A stretch of DNA of 64,000 nucleotides from Utricularia gibba. Lineage: Eukaryota; Plantae; Magnoliophyta. Made by a program: the position numbers and the translations under genes. Where the stretch lies: NCBI GenBank assembly GCA_002189035.1, contig NEEC01000014.1, forward strand, positions 1,364,001 through 1,428,000, read 5' to 3'. The notes under the pieces are model-generated. The model made no database searches, was not told where the DNA came from, and saw only the letters and a program-made list of their open reading frames with translations. Positions 12,010 to 23,785 of the stretch are shown piece by piece. The number at the start of each line of letters is the position of its first letter. Position 1 is the stretch's first letter.

Positions 12010-13125
12010 ATGGTTGATGATATGGATGACAAGGCGTACCCTTCAAACTCATATGGCCTGACCTATCAAAAGCTTTCTGGTGAAAACTTTAGCCATCCTC
12101 AAAACGTTGCAAATCGATTTGTTAGTGATGATGATGAGGAGAATGAGGATGACATGGAAGAGGATGAGGGTGGAGGTAATGATGATGAAGAGGATGAGGA
12201 GGAGGAAGAGGAGGATGAGGATGAGGATGAGGATGATGGTAGCAGTGGTGTTCAAAGGATTGGTAAAGATGGCTACAAGCTTAGGAACTATAATGATGGT
12301 GCTGATGCTGATGATGATTTTGGTGATATGCAAAAACATCCCAAGAAAAGAAAGCTCAAAACGCTATTGTCCAACTATGTGTTCGCCCCTCGAGCACCAG
12401 CTTCATCTTCATTTCAAAAGCCTGCTCATGGTGGAAGAGATCCTTCTTCGGATTGGACCGAACATGAAACTTCCATATTACTTAATACCTGGGGTGATAG
12501 GTATCTAAAACTAGGGAGGAAAAGTCTCCATTCTGAAGAGTGGCAGGAAGTTGCTGAAAAGGTGTCCCAAGAATCCAAGATTGAAAGAACAGACGCACAG
12601 TGCCGCAGCCGCCTTGATACTTTGAAAAAGAAGTATAAAAAGGAGAAGATGAAGTCTTGCAGTAAATGGGAGTATTTCTCTCAAATGGATGATCTATTGT
12701 CTGCCCCCTCCCAACAGCAACCATCCCTCCCCTGCGGTGTAGATGCAGGAGAATTCATTTTCATGAACCCAAAAGTTTATCTCGACCGAGCAAACGGCCT
12801 AGATGAGATGCGTGACAGTCCTGAAAACTCAGAGTCAGAGGAAGACGAGGACATGGAAGACCTTTCACCAAGGAAAGCAGCCTCTCTTAAAATACTTGCT
12901 GACTCAATTCACAAATTCAATGAGGTGTACCAGAAGGTTGAGAACAGCAAAAGGCAGCAAATTCTGGAACTTGAGAAAATGAGGATGAACTTCCATAGAG
13001 AGTTGGAGCTGCAAAAGAAGCAGATTCTTGAAAGGGCGCATGCTGAAATACAAAAGATCAGAGGAGAAGAGTCTGATGATGATCATGATGATGATGAAGC
13101 TTCTGGAGACAATGACAGTGGCTAA
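12010..13125 (+). CDS. Trihelix transcription factor (SIP1/ASIL clade, Myb_DNA-bind_4) with acidic N-terminal tract; single coding exon
   Basis: First ATG at 12010; D/E tract from GAT/GAG repeats; WTEHETSILLNTWGDRYLKLGRKSL..WQEVA..QCRSRLDTLKKKYKKEK; C-terminal coiled coil ELEKMRMNF. Confidence 0.88.
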   Translation: MVDDMDDKAYPSNSYGLTYQKLSGENFSHPQNVANRFVSDDDEENEDDMEEDEGGGNDDEEDEEEEEEDEDEDEDDGSSGVQRIGKDGYKLRNYNDGADADDDFGDMQKHPKKRKLKTLLSNYVFAPRAPASSSFQKPAHGGRDPSSDWTEHETSILLNTWGDRYLKLGRKSLHSEEWQEVAEKVSQESKIERTDAQCRSRLDTLKKKYKKEKMKSCSKWEYFSQMDDLLSAPSQQQPSLPCGVDAGEFIFMNPKVYLDRANGLDEMRDSPENSESEEDEDMEDLSPRKAASLKILADSIHKFNEVYQKVENSKRQQILELEKMRMNFHRELELQKKQILERAHAEIQKIRGEESDDDHDDDEASGDNDSG

Positions 13126-13513
13126 TGTGGCCTCCTGGTTTTCATATCAAATGTATTCTACTTGTACCAAGCCATATCAACTGACTTGTTAAGCTTGTGC
13201 CTATTTCATTCCAGGATCTTAGTTTTGAATCCATTTCCAATCAGCTCCTCAAAAACGTTGCCATTCGGCGTCGTTCCTACCATGTTTCCTCTGTTTTGAA
13301 AGCTCAGATGCAGGAAGAGTTTAGAGGAACTGGTTCATCTTCTCATGGCAAAGTCCTATTACAGGTTTCATTAAAGAAATAAAAAATGAATATATTAAAG
13401 AAATTCGATAAATAAAAGACATATATATATTAGATGAGTTATCTATTTAGCTACTTTTAGCTTCTTCTTGAAATACGCTACGGCGGTGTGGTTCGCGGGT
13501 GTGGGGTATAAGA

Positions 13514-15297
13514 ATGGAGACGAAACCGGCAGAAATCAGCAGCTCGAAGATGTTCGGCGGCTACAATAAGAGATACAAGCACTACAGCCCCACGCTTGGC
13601 TGCTCAATGAACTTCCACATCTATTTTCCGCCTTCCTATTCAGATTCTCAGAAATTCCCTGTAGTTCCTCACCCCATTTGTCGTACAATTTGTTTTTTGT
13701 GTTGTTTTCCGTGAATTGGGTTGTTGAATCAGCATACTTTGTTTTGGTATTTGTCATGATTGTGAATCTTCGATACCCCGAGATTGCATTTCATCAACTT
13801 CTATTCGTTGTGCTTGATGGAATGCGTAAATGCTTTTATAAGGAGTTAATTGGAGTTTTTTGTGATTCGTAGTGATTTTTTTTCTTGAAATGTGGCTTTG
13901 AGTTATCGAATTTTTGAGTTCCAGTGAGCAACTGGAATGCTGATTTTTTTTTTTTTTTTTTTTTTTTTGTGAAACTTGAATTGAAATGACATGCTGTGAG
14001 CAAACCTGACCCCATATTGAATCATTTCAGGTACTTTACTGGCTTTCTGGTCTCACGTGCACAGATGAGAATTTCATCCACAAATCTGGTGCACAGCGTG
14101 TTGCTTCGTCTGAGGGTGTTGCCCTTATTGCACCAGATACTTCACCAAGTGAGCTACCCTTTCTTTGCAAACTCATTTTTTTTCTTGTAAATGCTGTTAC
14201 TTCATTTGGTAGACGTGAATGGCAACTAATGCATACTCATGTAATTTGTTGTTTAATTTTAATCTTAAACTCAATCCCACAATACCTGTTTTGAAACATT
14301 TACTGATATTCTGTTCAGGAGGCTTGAATGTTGAAGGAGAATCTGATAGCTGGGATTTCGGTGTAGGTTTGTCTCGAATCCCTTCAAGGCTTTGTCGTAG
14401 TTGCACTTGTTTAGAAGCTTCATTTTGCCGAAACGGGAGTTGTAATGCAGATCGTATGAATTAATCTAAAGCCTTACCAAACTTTTCTAGGGGCTGGTTT
14501 CTACCTTAATGCAACTCAAGAGAAATGGAAGAATTGGAAGATGTATGACTACATCGTGAAGGAGCTTCCTGCTCTCCTTGAGGAAAATTTCCCTCAGCTT
14601 GATACTCGCCGTGCTTCCATATTTGGTCATTCGATGGGTGGCCATGGAGCGCTCACCATTTACTTGAAGAACTTGGATAAATACAAGGTACCCAAGTTGA
14701 AGATTTTACCTTTCATCCGATGCTGCTTTTTATAGGAAAAATAGCCTCAATATGTGCTGTTGTTCTTTGCAGTCAGTGTCTGCTTTCGCTCCAATTACCA
14801 ATCCTATGAATTGCCCTTGGGGCCAGAAAGCATTCACAAATTACTTGGGTGAAAACAAAGCTTCGTGGGAGGTAACAGATACAATGCTTTGCTTTTTCAA
14901 TCCTACCCTTAAATCTCCCCTTATGTATGATCACTGTCATGATCCAGGAGTACGATGCAACACTTCTTATATCAAAATTCAATGTACTCTCTGCAACAAT
15001 CCTAATTGACCAGGTATAGGACCCTGAGAATGAGCAATTCTTACAATAAATGCCCATCTCCATCATGGAAGATAATCACTGACGGTGAAACCATGTCTTC
15101 AAATTTATGTGCAGGGAGATGCAGACAAGTTCTTGCACGAACACCAGCTTCTGCCGGACAAATTCGAGGAGGCCTGTCGGAAGGTGAATGTTCCTCTGCT
15201 GATACGAATGCAGCCTGGTTATGATCACTCCTACTACTTCATTGCCTCGTTCATCGATGACCACATTCGACACCATGCTCAGGCACTCAACCTTTGA
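13514..15297 (+). CDS. SFGH: S-formylglutathione hydrolase (esterase D); multi-exon
   Basis: [12 protein letters not shown]; exon [15 protein letters not shown]; GHSMGGHG nucleophile motif; SVSAFAPI; [23 protein letters not shown]; canonical GT-AG junctions. Confidence 0.95.
13944..13968 (+). repeat. T25 homopolymer in SFGH intron 1
   Basis: Read directly from the sequence. Confidence 0.85.
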
Positions 15298-15699
15298 TCT
15301 GCGTACGCTCCTTCTCCCTCCATTTGTCGTTTTGACAGTTTCATGTTACGTTAGCTGTCTTCAACTTCCAGTGGTGGTAATAAAAAATGAAAACATGAGT
15401 CTTTAGTACACGTTCCTTGATCACTTGGGTTCTCAAATCTAACACATGAATTCATAATTTCCACCTACATATACAAACAGAGCTCAAAACTTGGGCAAAT
15501 TGAATGAACAATCAGAAGATTACAGGGTTCCAATTGGACTGACATTCAAAAAGGAGTCCTTACAGTAAGATTCATGATATGATCGTATAGGATAAGAGAG
15601 TACTGGTAGCTTCTTCAGGTCTTCTCCCTGAATGAACATCATTTGGTGGCAATACAGCAACCTGCCGAGCTCGCCTCAGAGATGAGTTTGTTTTCATTA

Positions 15700-16794
15700 T
15701 CAGGGGCGGAACTCGTTGAACTTGATGACACAGTCATACAGCCGCCCTCCAAGAAACTGAGCGACTTCCAAGTGCTTCACCATAGCAACTTTCATGGAAT
15801 CGCACTTGAACTGTGCATAGAGATTGGTTTCGATTCCTCGGCCCATCCCTTCCATCACCACAAGATCTGCATCGCTTGCTACGTAGGCGAGTTCCTGGGA
15901 CACTCTTGAAAGGTCGATGACAGGCAAGTCGTTACCAGAATTCAAGACCAGGAGGTTGGATGCATCCACTCCCACCAACTTCCCGGTGCCGTCCTTCAAC
16001 TTGGCTATGATCTGAACCAGCTCTACATAGGTTACATCATTGATGGAAGGCGTGTCGTTGGCTGCCAAGATGACTGTCGCACCATTCCGAAGTAACTCCC
16101 TTGCAAATGGCAGTATACCTAGGATGATATCTGCACCGGAGTTGTCCACAAAGATGACTACTTTTTTCCATGATCTGGAAACCCATTTTGAAACGAAAGC
16201 ACCCAAATCGTCGATAACCCATGGTCGAGGGACCAGATTCTGACAACTAGCTTGAAAGGACATGCCATCCTTTGCAAATAACTCTGCAAGTTGAGCTGAG
16301 CCAAGATCAAATATATTGCCAGCAAATATACCTCTGACTAAACTCTCAACACGACTAACTTCGTCCTCAATAGAGTCATTGAGATGCACAACATCCTGAA
16401 ACAAGGATATGGCCTTGGAATTTTCCTCTTCCTTCACCTTCTTGAATATATCCCTGAAGCCTAATTCTCTTAGCACCTGCTCACGAAGCTGGCAAAGAAG
16501 AATGCAATCAGGTGGTCCACCATGGCTTTCAGGGTCCTTCTTTAAATCCTCCAGTATTTCCGCATATCTTTGAGCGAACTTTTCAGCCCTCTCAGCAGCA
16601 TCTGGGACAGTTTCATCACTCTCAGCACGTTTGCGGAATGAAGGAATCGACTTGGAGAAAAGCTCGATCCACAAAAGTTCAGTGGGAGTAGACTTCTTAG
16701 GATTGTCTGAAGGGAATCGGTAGGGAATGGTGCAAGCCCTGTAATTTGAACCCACCAGAACCGGAAATTGCACCATTTCCCCGCAGCTTTCCAT
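15700..16794 (-). CDS. DUF89 / ARMT1-like damage-control phosphatase (At2g17340-like); intronless CDS
   Basis: 364-aa ORF: YRACTIPYRFPSDNP, GIFAGNIFDLGS, IFVDNSGADIILG, SINDVT, EGMGRGIETNL, GRLYDCV. Confidence 0.93.
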   Translation of the reverse strand: MESCGEMVQFPVLVGSNYRACTIPYRFPSDNPKKSTPTELLWIELFSKSIPSFRKRAESDETVPDAAERAEKFAQRYAEILEDLKKDPESHGGPPDCILLCQLREQVLRELGFRDIFKKVKEEENSKAISLFQDVVHLNDSIEDEVSRVESLVRGIFAGNIFDLGSAQLAELFAKDGMSFQASCQNLVPRPWVIDDLGAFVSKWVSRSWKKVVIFVDNSGADIILGILPFARELLRNGATVILAANDTPSINDVTYVELVQIIAKLKDGTGKLVGVDASNLLVLNSGNDLPVIDLSRVSQELAYVASDADLVVMEGMGRGIETNLYAQFKCDSMKVAMVKHLEVAQFLGGRLYDCVIKFNEFRP

Positions 16795-18045
16795 CTTTCT
16801 TGTGTTGCGTGCCCTGATTCAAACCCAAGTATCTTCCTTCACGACACCAGAACCCGCGGATCAAAATCTCGCTGTACAAAAACGAAAATCAGGCCATACA
16901 CAAATCAATGATTCATCAGTACCAAAAAAAAACTATCAATTCAACAATCTATCAACCAAACCCCAGAAAAACAAAAAAAAATGAAGACGATATGAATAGA
17001 CAGATGAATATTGGATCAACCCAATCACACAACACGCATTCAAACTGATACGCAATTCACTACCTTAACCGCACACTGACTAAAATTCATCAGAAATTCG
17101 AATAAAAAAAACACACATTCGAAACGAGTACGACTGGGAATCAAGAACTTTTACATTCGATTTCTTCCAGAGTCCGAATCCCGCGAACCCAAATGTGCAG
17201 AAAGCTCTTCAAGAGAAGCCGTAGATGTTGATTTTGGACGTATAGAATTTACCAATTTAATCTGACGTATCAAACACTCAATTATTTTCACTTTATACTT
17301 TAACTAGGGTGTGAGTTTTGGGCCGGATTGTTTATTTTGGGCTGGTGCGAGCTGATTTGGATCTGAAAAAATGGGCCTGCGAACAATCTGTAGATGAAAA
17401 GAGGAACCATTTCCCGCGGGGTGCCACGTCACGAGGGCGGTTTGGGTACATCCGTCGCCGCCTTCATGAAAGGCTGAAGTACCAGATCCTCATCTCTTCT
17501 GGGGAGGGCCATTCCCGTTTTTGAGGTACGTAGGTGCTTGCGTTTCTGCCTCCTTATTTCCCAGGGATTTCGCCCTCTTAATTCGACTGAAGACCTTCGT
17601 GCAGTATCTCCGGAGATCTAGGTATACGGAATTTCAATTCACTCGGCGCTTTTGGGTTTTGTGAATGGGTTGAAGTTTGTTATTGGAATATGGTTTCGCT
17701 ATCTCGCTTTCACGTCTTTGCTTTTCTTCGATTTCTTACGGTTAAGTTTTGGCATTCAAACACGTTTCTGTGTCGAATACAATTCATTTTGCATTTTTTT
17801 GTGGATGCTTTTTGGTGTGAAAAGTTGGATATTTGAATTTTGAGTTGTCCGACTCCAAATCCGAGTATTTCATCTTTTAGAAATGGATTTCGGCCGCCAT
17901 GCTTTGCATTTAACCTCCATACGTTGACTTAAGAAGCGGCTATTGGGAGTGTCTGACCTACTTATTTTGCCTATGCAGTCATACCCTCTGTACTTGAAAT
18001 ACTCTGTGTTTACAAGTGAGAAAAGGCTGCATAATTGCATCAGAG

Positions 18046-19412
18046 ATGGCTTTGAACCACGTATCTAAGAGCATCAAGTGTTATTTAAAGAATGCCAAAG
18101 GTGCATCCTGTCTTCTTTGCCGGGCCTTTTCCTCTTCTGCTGCAGTGGTAGAGCCGTTGGAGGATGAGTCTGGTGGGATAGTGATGAAAGGTGTAAAAAT
18201 CTCTGGAAGACCTTTGTATCTAGATATGCAGGCAACATCACCCGTGGATCCAAGAGTGCTTGATGCTATGCTTCCGTATTATGTTTCTCGGTATGGAAAT
18301 CCTCATTCCCGAACACATGTTTACGGCTGGGAATCGGAACAGGCAGTGGAGTTGGCCCGTGGCCAGGTTGCAGACCTAATTAGTGCTTCCCCAAAAGAGA
18401 TTATTTTCACCTCTGGTGCTACTGAATCAAACAACATCTCAATCAAGGGCGTTATGCACTTCTACAGGGAGAAGAAGCGTCATGCTATCACCACACAAAC
18501 TGAGCACAAGTGTGTGTTGGATTCCTGCCGCCATTTACAGCAGGAGGGCTTTGATGTTACTTATCTTCCAGTGAGGAGTGATGGGCTCGTGGACATGGAG
18601 AAGTTCAGGGAATCAATCCGGCCTGATACTGGGCTGGTTTCTGTGATGATGGTGAACAATGAGATTGGTGTCATTCAGCCAATGGAAGAAATTGGAAAGA
18701 TATGCAAGGAGTTGAATGTCCCTCTGCACACTGATGCTGCCCAAGCCCTGGGCAAGATCCCATAGATGTGGATAAGATGAATATAAGCTTGATGTCCTTG
18801 AGTGGCCATAAGATTTACGGGCCAAAAGGGATTGGGGCATTGTATATGAGACGTAGACCAAGAATTCGAGTCGAGCCACAGATGAGTGGGGGAGGACAAG
18901 AGAGAGGGATACGAAGTGGGACGGTTGCCACCCCACTGGTTGTTGGTTTCGGTGCAGCTTGTGAACTCGCAAAGAAAGAAATGGAGTACGATGGCAAAAG
19001 AATAAAAGTCTTGCAGGAGAGACTACTGAACGGCATCAGGAACAAACTAGAAGGCGTTGTCGTGAATGGAAGTGAAGAGAGACGCTACCCTGGAAATCTA
19101 AACCTCTCATTTGCCTTCGTTGAGGGAGAGAGTCTGCTAATGGGGCTGAAGGAGGTGGCTGTTTCAAGTGGCAGTGCTTGCACCAGTGCGAGCTTGGAGC
19201 CCTCATATGTCCTCAGGGCTCTGGGAGTAGATGAGGACATGGCTCACACATCCATCCGATACGGCATCGGCCGATTCACAACCGAGGAGGAAGTCGATCG
19301 AGCTGCAGAACTGACTGTCAAGCAGGTGGAGAAATTGAGGGAGATGAGTCCTCTCTATGAGATGTACAAGGAAGGTATTGATATTAAAAGCATCCAATGG
19401 GCTCAACACTGA
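18046..19412 (+). CDS. NFS1: Mitochondrial cysteine desulfurase NFS1; single coding exon with apparent 1-nt deletion at 18759-18761
   Basis: Transit-peptide-like N-terminus; YLDMQATSP; [10 protein letters not shown]; [12 protein letters not shown]/(I)DVDKM; [12 protein letters not shown] (PLP Lys); [17 protein letters not shown] (catalytic Cys); IKSIQWAQH. Two ORF halves join with one added C. Confidence 0.95.
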
Positions 19413-19656
19413 GCCATGGAAACAGTCCCTGCAGAAGGATCACTATGCATGAGGGAGATGATGACACAGTGTTTGAATTTTAGCACAAGTAGGCTTGTCT
19501 GTGACTCCTGCAATGCTTTTTCCCTGAATATCTTTGCTTAGAAAGTATACCATAATTGGGCAACAGAAGAAAGCTGCATGGACATTCTACAGTAGGTTTT
19601 CCACCTGGCAGCCCAACCCAGGCCCCATTCTAGTGTGCCGGTTCAAGACCGGTTTG

Positions 19657-19970
19657 AGAAGATTCCTGTGTTTGAATCTTCTTGGCTTGGGCTTCTCGCT
19701 CTCTGGTTTGCTGACGGTCATCTCGTACGGTCTCTGGTATGCGGAGGAAGGCATCACCGGCGTCTGCTTGAGAATGGTCCAAAGCCCGGAAACTAAATAA
19801 TACAAAAAAAAAAAACATTGAATAATTTTTATGGGCTGGCTGTGTAGAACTAGAAGGTTCGGGAAATCTTCACGGCCCTCAAAAATATCAATGAGAGGTG
19901 GGCCCCACTGGTTCTGAAATATCTTCGAAAGATTTCCTTCCAACCATCCCGGTCAGAACTTTCTAGAAAC
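19657..19970. promoter_or_regulatory. Cluster of heat-shock elements upstream of the HsfB2 gene
   Basis: Perfect three-unit HSEs aGAAg-gTTCg-gGAAa (19852-19866) and aGAAc-tTTCt-aGAAa (19956-19970); two GAAnnTTC dyads at 19657-19682. Confidence 0.7.
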
Positions 19971-20036
19971 TGAACTTTGCGTTCGCTTGGCTTCAACAAG
20001 TTTCTTTGTTCTTCGCGACCGCCGCCGCCGGATGAT

Positions 20037-20955
20037 ATGAGTGGCGACAGCGGAGCTTCCGGAAAATCAGAGGCACGCAGGTCTTTTATCCCTCCGTTTT
20101 TGACCAAAGCGTATCAGTTGGTAGACGATCCGACCGTAGATGACCTGATCTCGTGGAATGACGACGGAACCACATTCATCGTGTGGCGGCCGGCGGAATT
20201 CGCCAGAGATTTGCTTCCAAAGTATTTCAAACACAACAATTTCTCAAGTTTTGTTCGTCAGCTCAACACCTACGTAAGTTGATTTCTCCGAGTTGTTACG
20301 ATTCCCGTATTTGTTTTCCTGTTGGACGAGGAATCGTTGAAATCAGCTACAAAATTGGCAGGGATTTCGAAAAGTTGTTCCGGATCTATGGGAATTTTCG
20401 AACGAGTTCTTCAGAAGAGGAGAAAAGAGGAAGCTTGGAGAGATCCAGCGTCGGAAAATGTCCGCCGCTGCCGTCGTGGTGCCTACTCCCGAGCCGATTC
20501 GAACATCAACAGGTGAATCCGGCGAGGAACAGGCTATCTCATCGAACTCGTTGCCGGCGACTGCTCCACCGGCATTAAGTCTCAGCACGCACTCGGCATG
20601 GTCCGCGACAGCCGAAGAAAATTCCAGACTCAGGAAAGAGAACTTGCGTCTGAGTAAGGAATTGAATCAATTGAGAAGCTTGTGCGGCAACATCTACAGC
20701 CTGATGTCGAATTACGCGACTACTTCTAGTGCCGAATCTGCGGGGGATGCAGAGGAGGAGATCGGTTGCACCGCCATGGCTCTCCGCCGGAGGGAGCCGG
20801 AGGAGAATCCTTGTCCGAGGATTTTCGGTGTCAACATAGGGGCTAAGCGGCCGAGGGGGGAAGCGATGGATCTCTCGCCGCCACGTCTCGCTTCGGGAGA
20901 ACCCGAGCCGTTGGATCTAGATACCAAAAAGAATCAACGTGTGGTTGCTGGTTGA
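20037..20955 (+). CDS. HSFB2: Heat shock transcription factor, class B (B2a/B2b-like repressor); 2 exons
   Basis: [29 protein letters not shown]|GFRK with the conserved DBD intron 20274-20361; EEQAISSNS; [21 protein letters not shown]; BRD-like [12 protein letters not shown]. Confidence 0.9.
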
Positions 20956-21499
20956 TCGCATGTCGCAATAGTTACATGCAACAACTTTCATACTAATCAT
21001 AATTAGCCGCGCACCTTAATTTATAATACTTAAAAATAAATATCCAAATTTTCTTATTTAATTTAAAAATTTTATAAAAATGAAAAAAAAATTGATTGAA
21101 GGTAGATTTTATATCATCAAATAGATTTTACAGTACCTCATTCTACTAAGATGGCATTCGAACGTTGTATGCTCATATCATATCTAGTTCCTATTCTGAC
21201 TTAGAATCGTTCAGTCATAAACTAAAATATAATTGTTTCGTATTACGAACTTCTTAACCAAATATGGTGATTAATTATATTATTAAATGATTCATCTCAT
21301 ATGTATTTTAATTTTATACCATTATTTTTTATAAAAAAAATATAAATTATAAAAATTGAATATTTAAAACCAATCAATCCATTGGGAGTTAAATTGCTTC
21401 TTTGGCCTCTTAAGTCAAGTTTTGGTTTGTATTGGATTCAATGAAATTGACTTCCTAATGTGAGTGCAATGAATCAGATACAACAGGGCTGAGAGGTAT

Positions 21500-22615
21500 T
21501 CAAAACTCGGGTCTGAAATAAGCTCTATCCAGATCCCTTCCTCTTGCCGGAGAATCACAGTATCCTTTCGTGGAGAACGACCTCTCGAACAAGCTCGGGG
21601 ACCTGTGTTTGGGAACGCTGAAAGCCCTCACCTTTGCCCTCGACGACTCTGTCCACGCCATATAACTGGGGCGCTCACCCTGCATATAGTGGCTGGTTCC
21701 ATCGCTCCTTGTTGGTGTAGTTGTCCACACCTGTCTCCTGGAGCTTGAGATGGAATGCAGCATGCGGCTGAGCCCGTTGCCATCCAGGTTAAAAGGTGTA
21801 ACCTCGAACCCACTGGTGGTTTCCAGTTCTCCGAAAGACGGTGCTCTGGCGCGGGTCTTGTTGCGTTGTGGTGTTTTTGTAGGATTCCATGATTCTGCTC
21901 CAAGAGTAGAATGTGATCTCGTCCATGGCTTGTGTTCCCACGGTTCTAGTTCCCTGTGGTGCACCCATGTTTTCTGTACTCAAAAAAATGTCCGAACAAC
22001 ACAGACTGTTATGTTAGATTCAAGCAGCAGCAACCTGCATCGTCTCTGTAAACCAACCTTGAGTCCCATCGTCCGTCGGTGCTCCACATTCTCAGGAGTT
22101 GTTTTGCAGCCCTAAACCATTAATTCCCAGATAGTTTAGAAGCTGGGTGTCTGTTTTTAAGCTGAGATTCTGAAGTATATGTTCGTGCTTACGAGATAGG
22201 CAGGGGAAGTGGTTGTGTGGATGGAGGAGGGAGCACGGCCCCTGGCTCGTGCTCGTCCCAGAGCTTCAAAGCGCTGCAGGACGTATGCGGTTCGTCTCCT
22301 CGCCAGGCAGCCTCTGATCAGAGCTTGAAGCTGCACTAGAGCTTTCAGCGCACGCAGAGCTCTCCTTGACTGCACAGTTGAAACAAATAACCAAGTTTTC
22401 AATCCATAAACAGATGAAAACAGAAGAAGAAAGCGAAGAAAACTAACCAAGTAGGCGCGGTAATGAGACTGAATAGTAACAGCAGCCCACTCCTCCGGTG
22501 TGGCGGATGGTGGCGGCCGTATGGTGGCCGCTGAGCGTCGGCAACCTTTCTCCTGAGTAGCTCTAGTCTTGTGGTGGCCAAAAAGCCTCTTCAACCATCT
22601 CCTAGCTTTCCACAT
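21500..22615 (-). CDS. IQ67-domain (IQD) calmodulin-binding protein with DUF4005; 4 coding exons
   Basis: MWKARRWLKRLFG; EEWAAVTIQSHYRAYL|SRRALRALKALVQLQALIRG; DUF4005 PSYMAWTESSRAKVR. Middle exons inferred from GT-AG sites. Confidence 0.82.
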
Positions 22616-23785
22616 CTCTCTCTCTCTCTGCGCTTCCCCGGACACAGAAAACTCAGGTGGGAACACAACACATATATAAAGCTGCGTGCCCCAGATGTAA
22701 AAATAACGAAACATGCGTTTTCCCGAATTCCCTTCAATGATTTTGTATGAAAATGTGGAAAACCAGACACCTGCACATCTAACCTCAACAAAAACAAAGC
22801 AGAAACAACGTTGCTGGGTTATTCCGGTAGGAGTTGCAGCCCTCTCCCGGAACCCGTATACGGTTTCCCGGTAACCCGATTCGTCTCAAGGTTACCGACG
22901 TGCCAAAGGAAACAGAGATGAATCGTTGCCCATCAGACAGTCAAAGTTAGTCAGAGGACAAGAATGATGTCCCTGACCACCGACGGCAGCCAGCGCATCC
23001 CCGACCTTCTCCTTTTTCTTCCTTTCACACTTCCAGAGTCGCTCTTGGTGCCTTGAGTGTGAATTGCCAAGTTTGCCATCGATGTTGCCATTTTTGGATA
23101 TATTTTTTAAAACAAACGTAATAAATTATACTGCATTTGATTTATAAATTTAAATATACGCAAGACTAAATTTTTTTAAAAAATATATAAAAAATTAATT
23201 CTTTTTCATTATGGTTTCAATATAAGTAAATGAAACTTTTTTTATTTTTCTTTTTTACCGTTGGTTAGTTATTTTTCAGGTGAAAAGGGCTTCGGTACTA
23301 CTTCCTGGATCTTAAATGGGCCGGATGTTATTGTTTGGGCAAAAAATGTAGCTATATGGGCCTCCAAGGCCCACAAATGATATTAAGACATTGGAATTAA
23401 TCATTAATTTTTGAATGTAAATAAATATATTGTTAATTTGACATTTTTAATTAGAATTTGGTTAAGGGAATTTTCGAATTACAATAATAGCTGTTCCAGG
23501 CTGGGCCACGGTGCTTTTGTAAAAGCTGAATTCTGATTGGTTGTCCATGAGGATGCCCCTGTACCACCCTACACTGAATCGAAACCCTTCCCGAGAAAAA
23601 AATTCCTTTTCATCCTCAAAACACTCTGTCGAAGCCTCGGGCTTTTTTCGTCGCGCTTCGCAGAATCTGATTCCTTGCTGTAAACAAATCAGCAAAGAGG
23701 CGCGATTAATCGATTTTGTTCTTGTTTTCTCGTTGTTGTGAAGGTTTATATATATCTTTGGTTGATTAGTTTTTGAGTGAGAAAA

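Noticed and set aside
12130-12240. GAT/GAG triplet array as a satellite or CRISPR-like repeat
   Set aside because: It is the in-frame acidic tract of the trihelix factor; there is no repeat-spacer structure.
18765-18768. Programmed frameshift or split gene in NFS1
   Set aside because: No slippery heptamer or stimulatory structure is evident; one added C restores KIPIDVDK, matching the window-wide homopolymer pattern.
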